NCBI RefSeq assembly: GCF_035084215.1
Contig: NC_090342.1
Location: 47,864,001-47,928,000, forward strand
Source of the DNA: Heptranchias perlo
Taxonomy: Eukaryota
Direction of reading: 5' to 3'
Length of the DNA: 64,000 bases
Part shown: positions 1 to 11,110 of the stretch, piece by piece
Layout: every line of letters starts with the position of its first letter
Position numbering within the stretch: position 1 is the stretch's first letter
The notes under the pieces: model-generated
Seen by the model: only the letters and a program-made list of their open reading frames with translations
Told to the model about the DNA's origin: nothing
Database searches by the model: none
Made by a program: the position numbers and the translations under genes

Positions 1-735
1 TGTCTCAATCTCATATAGATTCTGTTTCTATCTTAATTACTTATGTCCCTTTTTCCTATTGCCATTATGTTGCTCCAATTAGTACAGCTACTCCACCCTG
101 CTTCCTTCCCTATCCTTTCTAAATACGTTATATCCTGCAATATTTAACTGCCAGTCCTGTTCTTTATGTAGCCATATTTGAGTTATCCCTACTATATCTG
201 GCTCGTCGCTATGAATTATTACCTCCAGTTCCCCCATGTAGTATCTGATGCTGTGCACATTGCTATACAGGCAAATTAATTTGTTTCTAATAATTGTTCC
301 CCTCATTTTATTTTTGTCATTTTGTACTTATGTTCTATAACTGTATTTGTTCCCTGACCATTTATGTTACCCTTGTTCGTTACCTTAGTCTGACCTTCAC
401 TCTCATCTCCTATTTCTTTCATCTTCAGACTTACATTATTTTCACCAGATCCCTCCCCCCGTCTTACTAGATTAAAGCCCTAATGACAGCCCTATTTATC
501 CTTTCCGCTTGGACACTGGTCCCATTCCGGTACAGGTGGAGCCCAAACCAGCAGTACAGCCCCTTCCTGTCCCAGTATTGGTGCCAGTGTCCCATGAAAT
601 GGAACTCCTCTTTCCCACTCCCCTCTTTCAGCCATGCATTCACCTTCCTGATCTACCTGTCCTTATGCCAATTAGTAGGTGGCTCAGGTAGTAATCCCGA
701 GATTACCACCCGTGAGGTCCTGTTTTTTTAATTTG
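1..735 (-). mobile_element. Degenerate CR1 LINE: end of ORF1 (SGNH esterase-like) and start of ORF2 APE endonuclease; runs off the window start
   Basis: ORF 88-306(-) reads LICLYSNVHSI..ELE..PDIVGITQIWL..GYNVFRKDR (APE N-terminus). About 470-735(-) translates with a frameshift to RTSRVVISGLLPEP..VNAWLK..GLHL, typical of CR1 ORF1 esterase. Confidence 0.8.
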
Positions 736-737
736 GT

Positions 738-822
738 AATGCACTGAAGTGTCGGCCTAGATTATGTGCTCAAGTCTCTGGAGCGGGACTTGAACCCAAA
801 ACCTTCTGACTGAGAGATGAGT
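738..822 (-). mobile_element. 5' fragment of tRNA-derived SacSINE1/DeuSINE-like SINE
   Basis: Matches the head of the fuller copies at 37096 and 50565; B box GGGTTCAAGTCCC on - strand. Confidence 0.65.
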
Positions 823-1104
823 CAGAGACGCAGTAACTTCCTTCAGATATCATGTCCCTGGCCACTCTTGTGAATCTGGACAGTGGACTGCGAGTCGCCA
901 TACTGGAGTCAAATCCTGTCCTCGCTGGTTTCAGAGGCGCCAGTGCCACTCAGGCTGCCATCAGCTGTCAGCGCAGACAGGGATTGAACATTTGCTTTTT
1001 CTAGTCTCTGATTCAGTGCCACATTATGTGTTGTGTTTATTCATTGAGACCGTTCTTAAGGGGAAAGGAGATGCTCTATGCTTTCCCACCTGTATTCTGA
1101 CACT

Positions 1105-1440
1105 TTTCTGCCCCTTGCTCTCGAAGGTCATCACTCTTTGTTAGGGTCCAGTTCCACTGGTGCCAGGTACCCTTCCGTACATTGTGAAACTGACCATTCC
1201 CCTTGTGCCAGTCTAGGATATTGGCAGGCTGTTTGATTGAAGGGGAAAAATATCTAAAGGCCAGCCCAATCGTGTTCTCAGCCTGTGTTCAGACAAGCAC
1301 ACTTCCAGAAGGGTTCAGCCTGGGAGTGCTGAAACAGTCCCAGCTGACATCAGCTAGCTCAGCACAGAATGGAGATCAATCTCCGAGCCATATAGGTCTG
1401 CGTGGCTAAGCTATTCACTGCTTTAACCAGCTAAGCTATC
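1105..1440 (-). mobile_element. Ancient, diverged tRNA-type SINE (family unassigned)
   Basis: Shares blocks (caggct.ttt.a, agcccaatc, acttccag, cagctaactcagcacagac) with the copies at about 27465, 39055, 43735, 44500 and 58790. Confidence 0.45.
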
Positions 1441-2223
1441 TGGAAAACTTGCCACCATTTCTTATTCTCAAATCTTTGTTTGAACGTTCCAGACACAAGA
1501 AGCCTTCACCACTTCAGTAAATCACAGATCTCACTCCTGGGACTGGCTGTGCTCTGCATGCAGACGACCTGTATGTTTTTATATTTCACTTGCTATTTTC
1601 ATGCCCCTCATTCCCCTTGAGAGTGCAGTGTCTTTTTTGGGAAAAAAAAATTATATTTAAGGAAGTGGGGAATTAATCCATCCCCCTAACCCCAGCTGGT
1701 CCCACTTCCCTCTGGGTAAGGAAGCATGAAAAATGTGATCGTTAGCCTGTCGCATCTGTCAGTATACCATGTGCTGCCTGGGAAACTGGGTCAGACTCCA
1801 GGTGGGTGGGGATGTGCATCTGCAGTCTGTTCACATTCAAAATGGCAGCTCTGAATTATTTAAAAAGAAAGGCAGATTGGATGCGGAATCACTGTACTAG
1901 CAAATTCTGCCTCCAACAAAACCAAATGAAGAAATACAGTTCCTGTAACTGGCCACAAGTAGAACCTTGCAATTATAGGTGCAAACAGTGGCCCTGCGAA
2001 GTTATACTTGCTCGTCGTAGCGGGAGGGGTGCTGTAGCTTCTGTTGAAACGCAGATCACGAGTGCGCACACACAGGTTTGCATCTTCAGTTTAGGAGGGA
2101 ACTGAAGCACCCACTGCCCACTACCCCCTTTGATTTGGATGCACTCTGTCTGAAATTAGTGTCTTCTGGCTGAAGTGTGGAGGAGGGGCGGGTAGGGGAG
2201 TAAAGCCAGTACGTCAATTGATA

Positions 2224-2515
2224 AAGCTACATCATTAGATAAATTTAAAACAGAAATAGACAGTTTCCTAGAAGTAAAGGGAATTAGGGGTTATGGGGAG
2301 CGGGCAGGAAATTGGACATGAAGCTGAGTTCGGATCGGTCAATGCCCTGTGGGTGGCGGAGAGGGCCCAGGGGCTATGTGGCCGGGTCCTGCTCCGACTT
2401 CTTGTGTTCTTTAGATTTGTGGTTGGGATCAGATCAGCCATGATCTTATTGAATGGCGGAGCAGGCTCGAGGGGCCGATTGGCCTACTCCTGCTCCAATT
2501 TCTTATGTTCTTATG
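2224..2515 (+). mobile_element. CR1 3' fragment with an extra diverged copy of the 3' UTR
   Basis: Near-identical to 55637-56070 apart from 87 extra nt (2323-2409); ends in (TTCTTATG)n. Confidence 0.9.
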
Positions 2516-4179
2516 ATCAGTGTCCGTCTGATGTAAATTAGATTCTGGAGCATTGTGACCAGGGGCGGACTGGCTCCCCTGGAAAGGGCGCTTTGGGATT
2601 CTCGAGGAAAAATGGGATGCTGAGAATGCAATGCCATGGATCCATTTGCAGGGGCACTTCTCCCAGTTTCCCACATAGCAGTCCGCCCCTGGATTTGACC
2701 ATTCCAGCCGACCAATGGCAACACACGCGTGTGCACTCAGCCCCTTGCTCTCCACGGGTCTGGCCAGGAGTGATCTGGTGCAGTCAAGTCACTGAATTTA
2801 CACCAGTAAATCCAGAGGCCATAGAAAGAGCTACAGGCTCTTTTCCATGGCCTCTGCTTCCTGTTCCTTTTAAACATTTTCTTTCTACATCTACACTGCT
2901 CAGAGAAAGATAGAGGATGAAAGGCAAGAAGGATGCACAGGTAGAGCGCAATAAAAGAGCAAATAAGGGGGGTGGAAAGGAAAGGGGATTGGAGCATTGA
3001 ACAAAGAAGCAGGAAGAAAAGGAAAAATAATTGTAGAAGCTTCCCAGACCTGATGATCTGCAGCAAGAAATTCTTTCCTTCAGTCAAAGAATGTATATGT
3101 GTTAAAACCAGCCTTTCCCTAAATCGGGTGTCCATGAACTGACCTGCCCTGCTATATAAGAACAAGAAATGGGTTAGAGGAACAAAGAAACGAAGATAAA
3201 TGATTCTAAGTAAAGAACAGAACAAAAGAAGGATAAGACCCATGAGTGAGGGATGGGGAGAGAATAAAATCATTCAAGCAGTGAAATAATTCCCCTAACA
3301 CTCCGCAAATGCTGTGTACACACTCCCTGTATTTATAAATTATTCCCTGATTTTTTTTTTTTGAGTGCAAACTACTCCAGGGGGCTAGGGAAATTCTTAT
3401 GCCACCCCAGGGGAGAGTGGTAGCCTTTTTTGTTCCACTAGCCTTAGAGGTCATTTGCCACAGACAATCGGTTTCATTATTGCTCACTCAAAGCTCAATA
3501 GCAAGCGGCAGTAAAAACGGTTTTGTATCATATGGTTGTATCTTTTTTTCCTGGTCTGATTTTTTTTTTTTGAGATGGCGGTGGCTTGCCTGAGGATGTA
3601 ATAAAAAATTGATTACATTCTCTGTCAACAGAGTGTCCGGGTGCTGCAGATGTGACCCTGTTAGTAACCCATGCAGAAAGATGCTACTTTAGATATACAG
3701 TAAATGCAGCCTTTTTACTGATTTGCCAGCTCATTTTAAGCAGTGTTTACCTCTGTGAGGAACACGATTTGAAGCTGCTTGATTCATGGATTACTTTTTG
3801 GAATAAATCACCTCTGATTCTCTGCAATTAGTAACTGCAATAGAAAAAAAATGACCCTGCTTTGCCTGGAATTGGGGATGTGGTGGGTAAGATTAGTACT
3901 CCACCTGGGACAGTAGCCACTGTCAGTGGGCAACACTGAGTTTTTGCATCATTGTTTGGTGGAATGGTGGCAGAGTTCGGGACATGCAAGCTCAATTGAA
4001 ATGTGATTGACCAGGTTCCTGTAAGTTGTCAGTATACTTTCCATTTGACTGAAAAGATCTGACTTAAAATTGAAAGGAGATGCAGTTAGCTGCCTGTGTT
4101 TGAGTGTGTGTCTGTATGTTGAATTGCCAGGGTTTCAGTTTCTAATTGCCTTTCGCTGATCTGTGCTGGAAAGCACATT

Positions 4180-4693
4180 ATAGGAACAGGAGTGGGCCAT
4201 TCAGCCCCTCGAGCCTGTTCTGTCATTCAGTTAGATCGTGGCTGATCTGCACCTCAACTCCATTTACCAGCCTTTGATTCCTATCTCTTGATACCCTTAC
4301 CTAACAAAAATCTATCTCAGTCTTAAAAGCTCCAATTATCCCGGCATCCACAGTCTTTTGGGGGAGAGAGTTCTCGATTTCTGCTACACTTTGTGTGAGG
4401 AAGTGGTTCCTGATTTCACTCCTCCATGGCTTAGCTCTAATTTTAAGATTATGTCCTCTCATTCTTAATTTCCCCCACCAGAGGAAATAGTTTCTCTGTA
4501 TCTATCCTATCAAATCTTTTTATCATTTTACACACTTCATTGAGATCATCCCTCAACCTTCTAAACTCCAGGGACTACAAATCAAGTTTGTGCAACCTGT
4601 CCTCATAGTTTAATCCTTCAAGCCCCAGTATAATTCTGGTGAATCGGCCCTGCTCCCTCTCCATGATCAATAGACTCTACCTGAAGTGTGGTG
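4180..4693 (-). mobile_element. CR1 3' fragment
   Basis: CR1 tail (ggccattcagcccctcgagcctg..tggctgatctg on +) followed by degenerate ORF2 C-terminal sequence. Confidence 0.88.
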
Positions 4694-5416
4694 TAATATT
4701 TTCATGCCAGTTCCAGTTGGACTGTGAAAAACAGCCATCAGTTCAAGTATTGCCCTCTCAAACTTGGGTTATGTCTGGAGAGAGCATTTTTGAACTGTAT
4801 AATCCCAGAGTGGCAATTTACAGGTCTGTCACTGGTTGGGGGAGGGGGAGATGCGAATTGAAGTATTGCACATCATTAAGGTGTATTGATTTAGGTGGAG
4901 CTCCCCTCTCCCAAAACAGTAGATTGGCACTTTTGCTAAACTCGCATTACTTTGGATACACAGTAGATGGTTGTTATTGTACTGTATTTCCTATTTGACG
5001 TTATAGTGGATAATATTTTGGTGAACTTCTGTTACAGGAATGTAGATTAGATTTTGAAAAGAATAGGGTTCAGAATTCAAAACTGGCTTCCTTGCTAGTA
5101 TCTTGGTACATATGAGTTCAGTTATTCTTTGAACATTGTTTTGCTGCTAATGGTCTCTCTCAATACGTTACTATGATTTTTGGGGATGTGAACCTTTCCC
5201 AGTTCAAAAACTCCAATTTTGGTTCAGACCGGTGAAAAAACAGATGCTGACTGTCCAACAGCGATCTCCTCTTGGGCAAGGCTTGGACTTTGGCGCATGC
5301 CAAGGTGCAATATAAAATGGGCAAGTACTAATCGGTGGCACTGGTATTGAAACCACATGAAAGAGGTTGTCTCGCCCAGTAGGATTGGGCACCACCTGTA
5401 ATACAAAAGCAGTCGA

Positions 5417-5612
5417 ACGTATAACCGCCGTTCCTTCATCATCGGGTCAAAATCCTAGAACTTCCGACCTAACAGCACTATGGGAGCACCTTCACCCCAC
5501 GGACTGAAGCGGTTCAGGAGGAAGGCTCACCGCCACCTTCTCAAGGCAACTAGGGACGGGCAATAAATGCTGGCCTTGCCAGTGACACCCATGTCCCGAG
5601 AATTAATTTTTT
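5417..5612 (+). mobile_element. Older 3' fragment of the tRNA-headed LINE family
   Basis: Aligns to 7890-8075, including gggcaataaatgctggccttgccag. Confidence 0.8.
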
Positions 5613-6085
5613 ACAAAGTTGGTGCTAGGCTACACCATTTTTAAAAAAAAAGTAAGCTCTTAAAGTGAAGCACAAATTTTGTTGGTTGTTGTGCAACCAT
5701 TCACAATTTGATAGAAAAGAGCCTCTGTTAAGTTCTCTTTCAGTGACTGGCTCTCTAACAAAAAAAACGCATTAAACAGAATCTAGGATGTGCAGGTAGG
5801 CTAGATTATTTTTGTTTTGCCATTAATGTTGGAATATGTCTGACAATTGAGAATACCTGAGAGGTATGCTCTGCATCCTTTTGAGCTGTGCCTTGGGTAC
5901 CAGTTCAGTTTTCTAACCTGATGAATTTCTTAGCTAAGCATTTTTGGGCAATGTACTGGTGTTACTTAGATGAGCAACAAGTGGACAGCAAAAGTAAATT
6001 TTATTGTGATGACGCTTACCGGAATGGCCAATAGTAAGAATGTGCAAGCTTCAATACTGAATCAGTTTTGTTTTAATAGACTAAC

Positions 6086-8297
6086 AGACTTCCACCCTCC
6101 ATAAACTTAAGCTCATGCAAAACTCTGCTGTCCGTATCCTAACTCGCGCCAAATTCCATTTACCCATCGCCCTTGTGCTTGCCGATCTACATTGGCTTCT
6201 GATCCCCAAAAGCCTTGATTTTAAAATTCCCATCCTCGTATTCAAATCCCTCCTTGGCCTTGATCTTCTCTACCTCTGTAACCTCTTCCAGCCCTATAAC
6301 ACTCTTGAGAACTTTGCGTTCCTCCAACTTTGGCCTTTTGTGCATCCACTGCTTCCTTCACACCCCACCTTTGGTGATGGTGCCTTCAACCATCTTCAGC
6401 CAGAAGTGCCGAGTGGATAATCCATCTCAGCCTCCTCCCGATATCCCCACCATCACGGAAGCCAGTCTTCGGCCAATTCGATTCACTCCACGTGATATCA
6501 AGAAACGGCTGAGTGCACTGGATACAGCAAAGGCTATGGGCCCCGACAACATCCCAGCTGTAGTGCTGAAGACTTGTGCTCCAGAACTAGCTGCGCCTCT
6601 AGCCAAGCTGTTCCAGTACAGCTACAACACTGGCATCCACCCGACAATGTGGAAAATTGCCCAGGTATGTCCTGTCCACAAAAAGCAGGACAAATCCAAT
6701 CCGGCCAATTACCGCCCCATCAGTCTACTCTCAATCATCAGCAAAGTGATGGAAGGTGTCGTCGACAGTGCTATCAAGCGGCACTTACTCACCAATAACC
6801 TGCTCACCGATGCTCAGTTTAGGTTCCGCCAGGACCACTCGGCTCCAGACCTCATTACAGCCTTGGTCCAAACATGGACAAAAGAGCTGAATTCCAGAGG
6901 TGAGGTGAGAGTGACTGCCCTTGATATCAAGGCAGCATTTGACCGAGTGTGGCACCAAGGAGCCCTAGTAAAATTGAAGTCAATGGGAATCAGGGGGAAA
7001 ACTCTCCAGTGGCTGGAGTCATACCTAGCACAAAGGAAGATGGTAGTGGTTGTTGGAGGCCAAGCATCTCAGCCCCAGGACATTGCTGCAGGAGTTCCTC
7101 AGAGCAGTGTCCTAGGCCCAACCATCTTCAGCTGCTTCATCAATGACCTTCCCTCCATCATAAGGTCAGAAATGGGGATGTTCGCTGATGACTGCACAGT
7201 GTTCAGTTCCATTCGCAACCCCTCAGATAATGAAGCAGTCCGAGCCCGCATGCAGCAAGACCTGGACAACATCCAGGCTTGGGCTGATAAGTGGCAAGTA
7301 ACATTCGCGCCAGATAAGTGCCAGGCAATGACCATCTCCAACAAGAGAGAGTCTAACCACCTCCCCTTGACATTCAACGGCATCACCATCGCCGAATCCC
7401 CCACCATCAACATCCTGGGGGTCACCATTGACCAGAAACTTAACTGGACCAGCCATATAAATACTGTGGCTACGAGAGCAGGTCAGAGGCTGGGTATTCT
7501 GCGGCGAGTGACTCACCTCCTGACTCCCCAAAGCCTTTCCACCATCTACAAGGCACAAGTCAGGAGTGTGATGGAATACTCTCCACTTGCCTGGATGAGT
7601 GCAGCTCCAACAACACTCAAGAAGCTCGACACCATCCAAGATAAAGCAGCCCGCTTGATTGGTACCCCATCCACCACCCTAAACATTCACTCCCTTCACC
7701 ACCGGCGCACTGTGGCTGCAGTGTGCACCATCCACAGGATGCACTGCAGCAACTCGCCAAGGCTTCTTCGACAGCACCTCCCAAACCCGCGACCTCTACC
7801 ACCTAGAAGGACAAGGGCAGCAGGCGCATGGGAACAACACCACCTGCACGTTCCCCTCCAAGTCACACACCATCCTGACTTGGAAATATATCGCCGTTCC
7901 TTCATTGTCGCTGGGTCAAAATCCTGGAACTCCCTTCCTAACAGCACTGTGGGAGAACCGTCACCACACGGACTGCAGCGGTTCAAGAAGGCGGCTCACC
8001 ACCACCTTCTCAAGGGCAATTAGGGATGGGCAATAAATGCTGGCCTTGCCAGCGACGCCCACATCCCGTGAACGAATAAAAAAAAAGCTGTCTAGGCCCT
8101 AAGCTCTGGAATTCCCTCCCCAAACCTCTTCGTCTCTCCACCTCGCTCTCCTCCTTTAAGACACTCCTTAAAACCTATCTCTTCAACCAAGCTTTTGGTC
8201 ACCTGTCCTAATGTCTCCTCCTTTGGCTCAGTGTAAATTTTTGTCTGATTACGCTCCTGTGAAGCCTAGGGACGTTTTACTATGTTAAAGGCATTCC
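6086..8297 (+). mobile_element. L2 3' fragment interrupted by a younger LINE at 6387-8086
   Basis: QNSAVRILT..LHWL..FKI ORF2 C-terminus (ORF 6115); resumes at 8087 gctgtctaggccct; ends ataaatgcaagttgttgttg like the other L2 copies. Confidence 0.85.
6387..8086 (+). mobile_element. Young 5'-truncated copy of the tRNA-headed APE-RT LINE; uninterrupted RT ORF to stop at 8023
   Basis: RT motifs KAMGPDNI, NYRPISLL, LDIKAAFDRVWH, GVPQxSVLGP, FADD; 3' hairpin gctggc-ctt-gccagc; A tail; highly similar to 31143-32843. Confidence 0.95.
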
Positions 8298-9062
8298 ATA
8301 AATGCAAGTTGTTGTTGATAAAATGTGGTGCAATCTGAATTCTAAAAAACTAGGCCCAAAATGAGGAAAGCTGGTGATTGAGTGGGCAAAAATATGACAG
8401 AATAGTGCTTTGTCTCTTCAGGAAAATTTGCTTTGTCATCTTCGAATCTGCTTTTTAAGAACTAGAACATCAGCCTAGAATTCAGATGAGAATTCTCTCC
8501 ACCAGCCAAAGCTAATCAGTTTGACATGTCACTGGCTGCACCAACAGCAATGTAACAATGCATTTTCAGTTGGAGAGAGTTCTGCTCAACACAGCAACCA
8601 AAACAAACCCTGTCTTCATATAATGCTTCAAAGAGTGAGATTTTAGGTGGGTGTTCAATACTACTTTTATTCTTGACGCTGTGGTTTCTGAGACACAATA
8701 GAATGCCACTAAACCAAACCAGTTGGCATAGAGCACAGGTCAGACTGCAAATTATTCAGCCTGGTACAGTCCCCACCACTTATAGCTGGCACAGTGGTAA
8801 TGGCGCAATTCATCCGCTAAAAGCAGTGGACGGTAAAACCGTCATGGGGTGTAGGAATTAAACATTAGCCCCACAAACCCTCCAAAGGATTCGGAGTGGC
8901 CTAGTCGGTTGGATTTTGTACTTGGGGCAGATTTTTGCCCCCTTCAATCAACTGCTTTCTCCAACTTGGGAGTGGTCTAGTTGTTTGACTTTTGTACACG
9001 TGCAATTTTTAAATGATTGAACTGCTAAAACAGTACAGCAGAATCCGGGTGACAGATCCACG

Positions 9063-9172
9063 ATATGTTTCCTACATTACAACAGTGACCACACTTTAAA
9101 AATACTTCATTGGCTGTTCACAGGACATCCCGAGGTCATGAAAGGCACCATATAAATGCAAGTCTTTCTTTT
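9063..9172 (+). mobile_element. SacSINE1-like 3' fragment
   Basis: cctacattacaacagtgac..gaaaggcaccatataaatgcaagtctttc matches the tail of 37096-37548. Confidence 0.7.
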
Positions 9173-9291
9173 TACTGGCATTTGTGGCCCCTGCACGAGC
9201 CTTTTTTGTAATTAATTACTCTGAATTTGATTGGAATCAATGTATTTCACAGAAAGAAAATGGAGTAGTATGAGCATTCATTTTAATAAAG

Positions 9292-9387
9292 AAAAGAAAG
9301 GAGGACTTGCATTTATATAGCGTCTTTCACTACCTCACGATGTCCCAAAGCACCTTACAACCACAGACGTACTTTTGAAGTGTAGTG
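9292..9387 (-). mobile_element. SacSINE1-like 3' fragment
   Basis: acttgcatttatatagcgtctttcac..gtacttttgaagtgtagt, as at 50581. Confidence 0.7.
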
Positions 9388-9807
9388 AGATGAGTTGCCC
9401 TTTAAATATAGTATTGTAGCTTAAAATTGGCAGCTAAACTGAAGCCAGGATGTAGATTTGCCATGTCAGCGAGCATGAGTGGGCCATATGGTCCACTGTG
9501 CCTACTCTTCCATGGCAGTTCTAGCTTTTTAGTATTAATTATTTTTTGTCTTTTCTCTCTATCTCTCATTACCCGTGCTTTCCATGAAAATATCTCCCTT
9601 TTTAGCATATCAGTCAGTTTTTTTGCCTATAACTTTCTGGCGCATTGTGCTCCACATTTTCACAGTCTTTTTTGTGTGAAGAAGTTTTTTGCGGATTGGC
9701 CTTCAACCGGGTTAGTCCTAATTGTAAAACGGTGTTGCCTTTCTCTGTGGTCCCATACCAAAGGGGATAACCAATCCACATCTACCCGTCTTCCTCTCCT
9801 TCAAACT

Positions 9808-10034
9808 TGATGTGGAGATGCCGGTGATGGACTGGGGTGGACAAATGTAAGGAATCTTACAACACCAGGTTATAGTCCAACAGTTTTATTTGAAAATCAC
9901 AAGCTTTCGGAGGCTTTCTCCTTCGTCAGGTGAGTGGTAAAATCACCTAACGAAGGAGAAAGCCTCCGAAAGCTTGTAATTTTCAAATATAACTGTTGGA
10001 CTATAACCTGGTGTTGTAAGATTCCTTACATTAA
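9808..10034 (-). mobile_element. Short palindromic Penelope-derived element (inverted pLTR pair plus about 35-nt tail)
   Basis: Terminus matches the PLE end at 62044; 90-bp inverted arms 9844-9933 and 9943-10032 (3 mismatches); flanking direct repeat tccttcaaacttgat at 9797-9811 and 10035-10049. Confidence 0.9.
9897..9933 (-). ncRNA. Minimal type I hammerhead ribozyme motif
   Basis: UCAC CUGACGA A GGAG-AAAGC-CUCC GAAA GC UU GUGA: core CUGANGA/GAAA/UH, stem I UCAC/GUGA, palindromic AAGCUU at stem III. Activity untested. Confidence 0.75.
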
Positions 10035-11019
10035 TCCTTCAAACTTGATAATGAATTCAGTCAAACTCTTGTCACTATTCTTGTGATGCTCCCTTAAAAC
10101 CAGACTGCTTTCTATTTCTGGTTCGTTACTCATCACTAAATCAGGAATTGTCTGCTCCCTTGTTAGGTTGAAGACGTGCTCTAAGTAACTGCCTTGAATG
10201 CATTCTTCTCTCCCAATCTATACACAAGTTAAAATCTCCCTTTGTTATTGTATTTTTCTTCTTACAGGCCATAAATGCCAAGCCACAAAACAAGCAAAAG
10301 CTGACAGTCCCCAAAAAAGCTGACAACTCAAAAATGACCCTGATTATAAGTCTGTGACATGAAAATAAGTAGCTTCACAGGGTTTGTAACTTAAGCTGTA
10401 GATGTGCCCAGCATTCATTTACTTGTGTTGGAAGAAAAAAAATAAGTACATGAAATTCTGAGGGAAAATATAAATGTTGAAAGGAAAAAAAATTGATGGT
10501 ACATTTTTGGGAGGGTATATGCATGCTACCCTCAAATATTACATTTTTTAATGTGAAAAATTATGTGTTCTGGTTAATTTTAAGCACTTTTACACATTGC
10601 AATTAACAGATTCTTAATCCTGAAAATGCAAATGTTACTTTGTTTTTTAACAGACCATCACTTCCTTAATTCAACCTGGCACTCATCCCCCACACTGTTC
10701 CACTGTGCAAGCTGACAATCTCCTCCCTGTCCCTCACTCTCCAATTTAACCTGACACTTTTCACTCTTCAACCCACTTCAAGTTGGTATTCTGCTTCCAC
10801 AGCCTCCCCACACTTCATACGGGCACTCTTCTTTCTATCCTCCAAGTGAATGCTGATACTCACCCTTCCTACTCCCCCAGCTAATGCTGGCACTCTTCTT
10901 CCTCCCCATCCCAAAGTGCTGCTCCCAGCTTCTGCTCTCTTCCCTATCTATTGCATTATCATCTGTTCACCTTCCCCTCCCCTCTATTGCAATCCACTTG
11001 TTTTCTTTCTCTCCCTCTC

Positions 11020-11110
11020 CGGGTAAATGGAGTTGAGCTACAGATCAGCCATGATCTAATTGAATGGCAGAACAGGCTCGATGGGCTGAATGACCAACTC
11101 CTGTTCCTAC
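11020..11110 (+). mobile_element. CR1 3' tail fragment
   Basis: cagatcagccatgatctaattgaatggcagaacaggctcga matches the CR1 3' UTRs elsewhere in the window. Confidence 0.75.

Noticed and set aside
2737-3273. 178-aa hydrophobic ORF on the - strand
   Set aside because: Antisense of a purine-rich tract; low-complexity Leu/Phe content and no splice or domain support.
6215-6386. N-terminal part of the 602-aa ORF as a novel domain fused to RT
   Set aside because: Chance read-through from the host L2 in a non-native frame; the LINE starts at about 6387.
7223-7639. Recurrent 138-aa antisense ORF (also at 47037 and 31591)
   Set aside because: Recurs only because the LINE copies are nearly identical; no recognisable domain.
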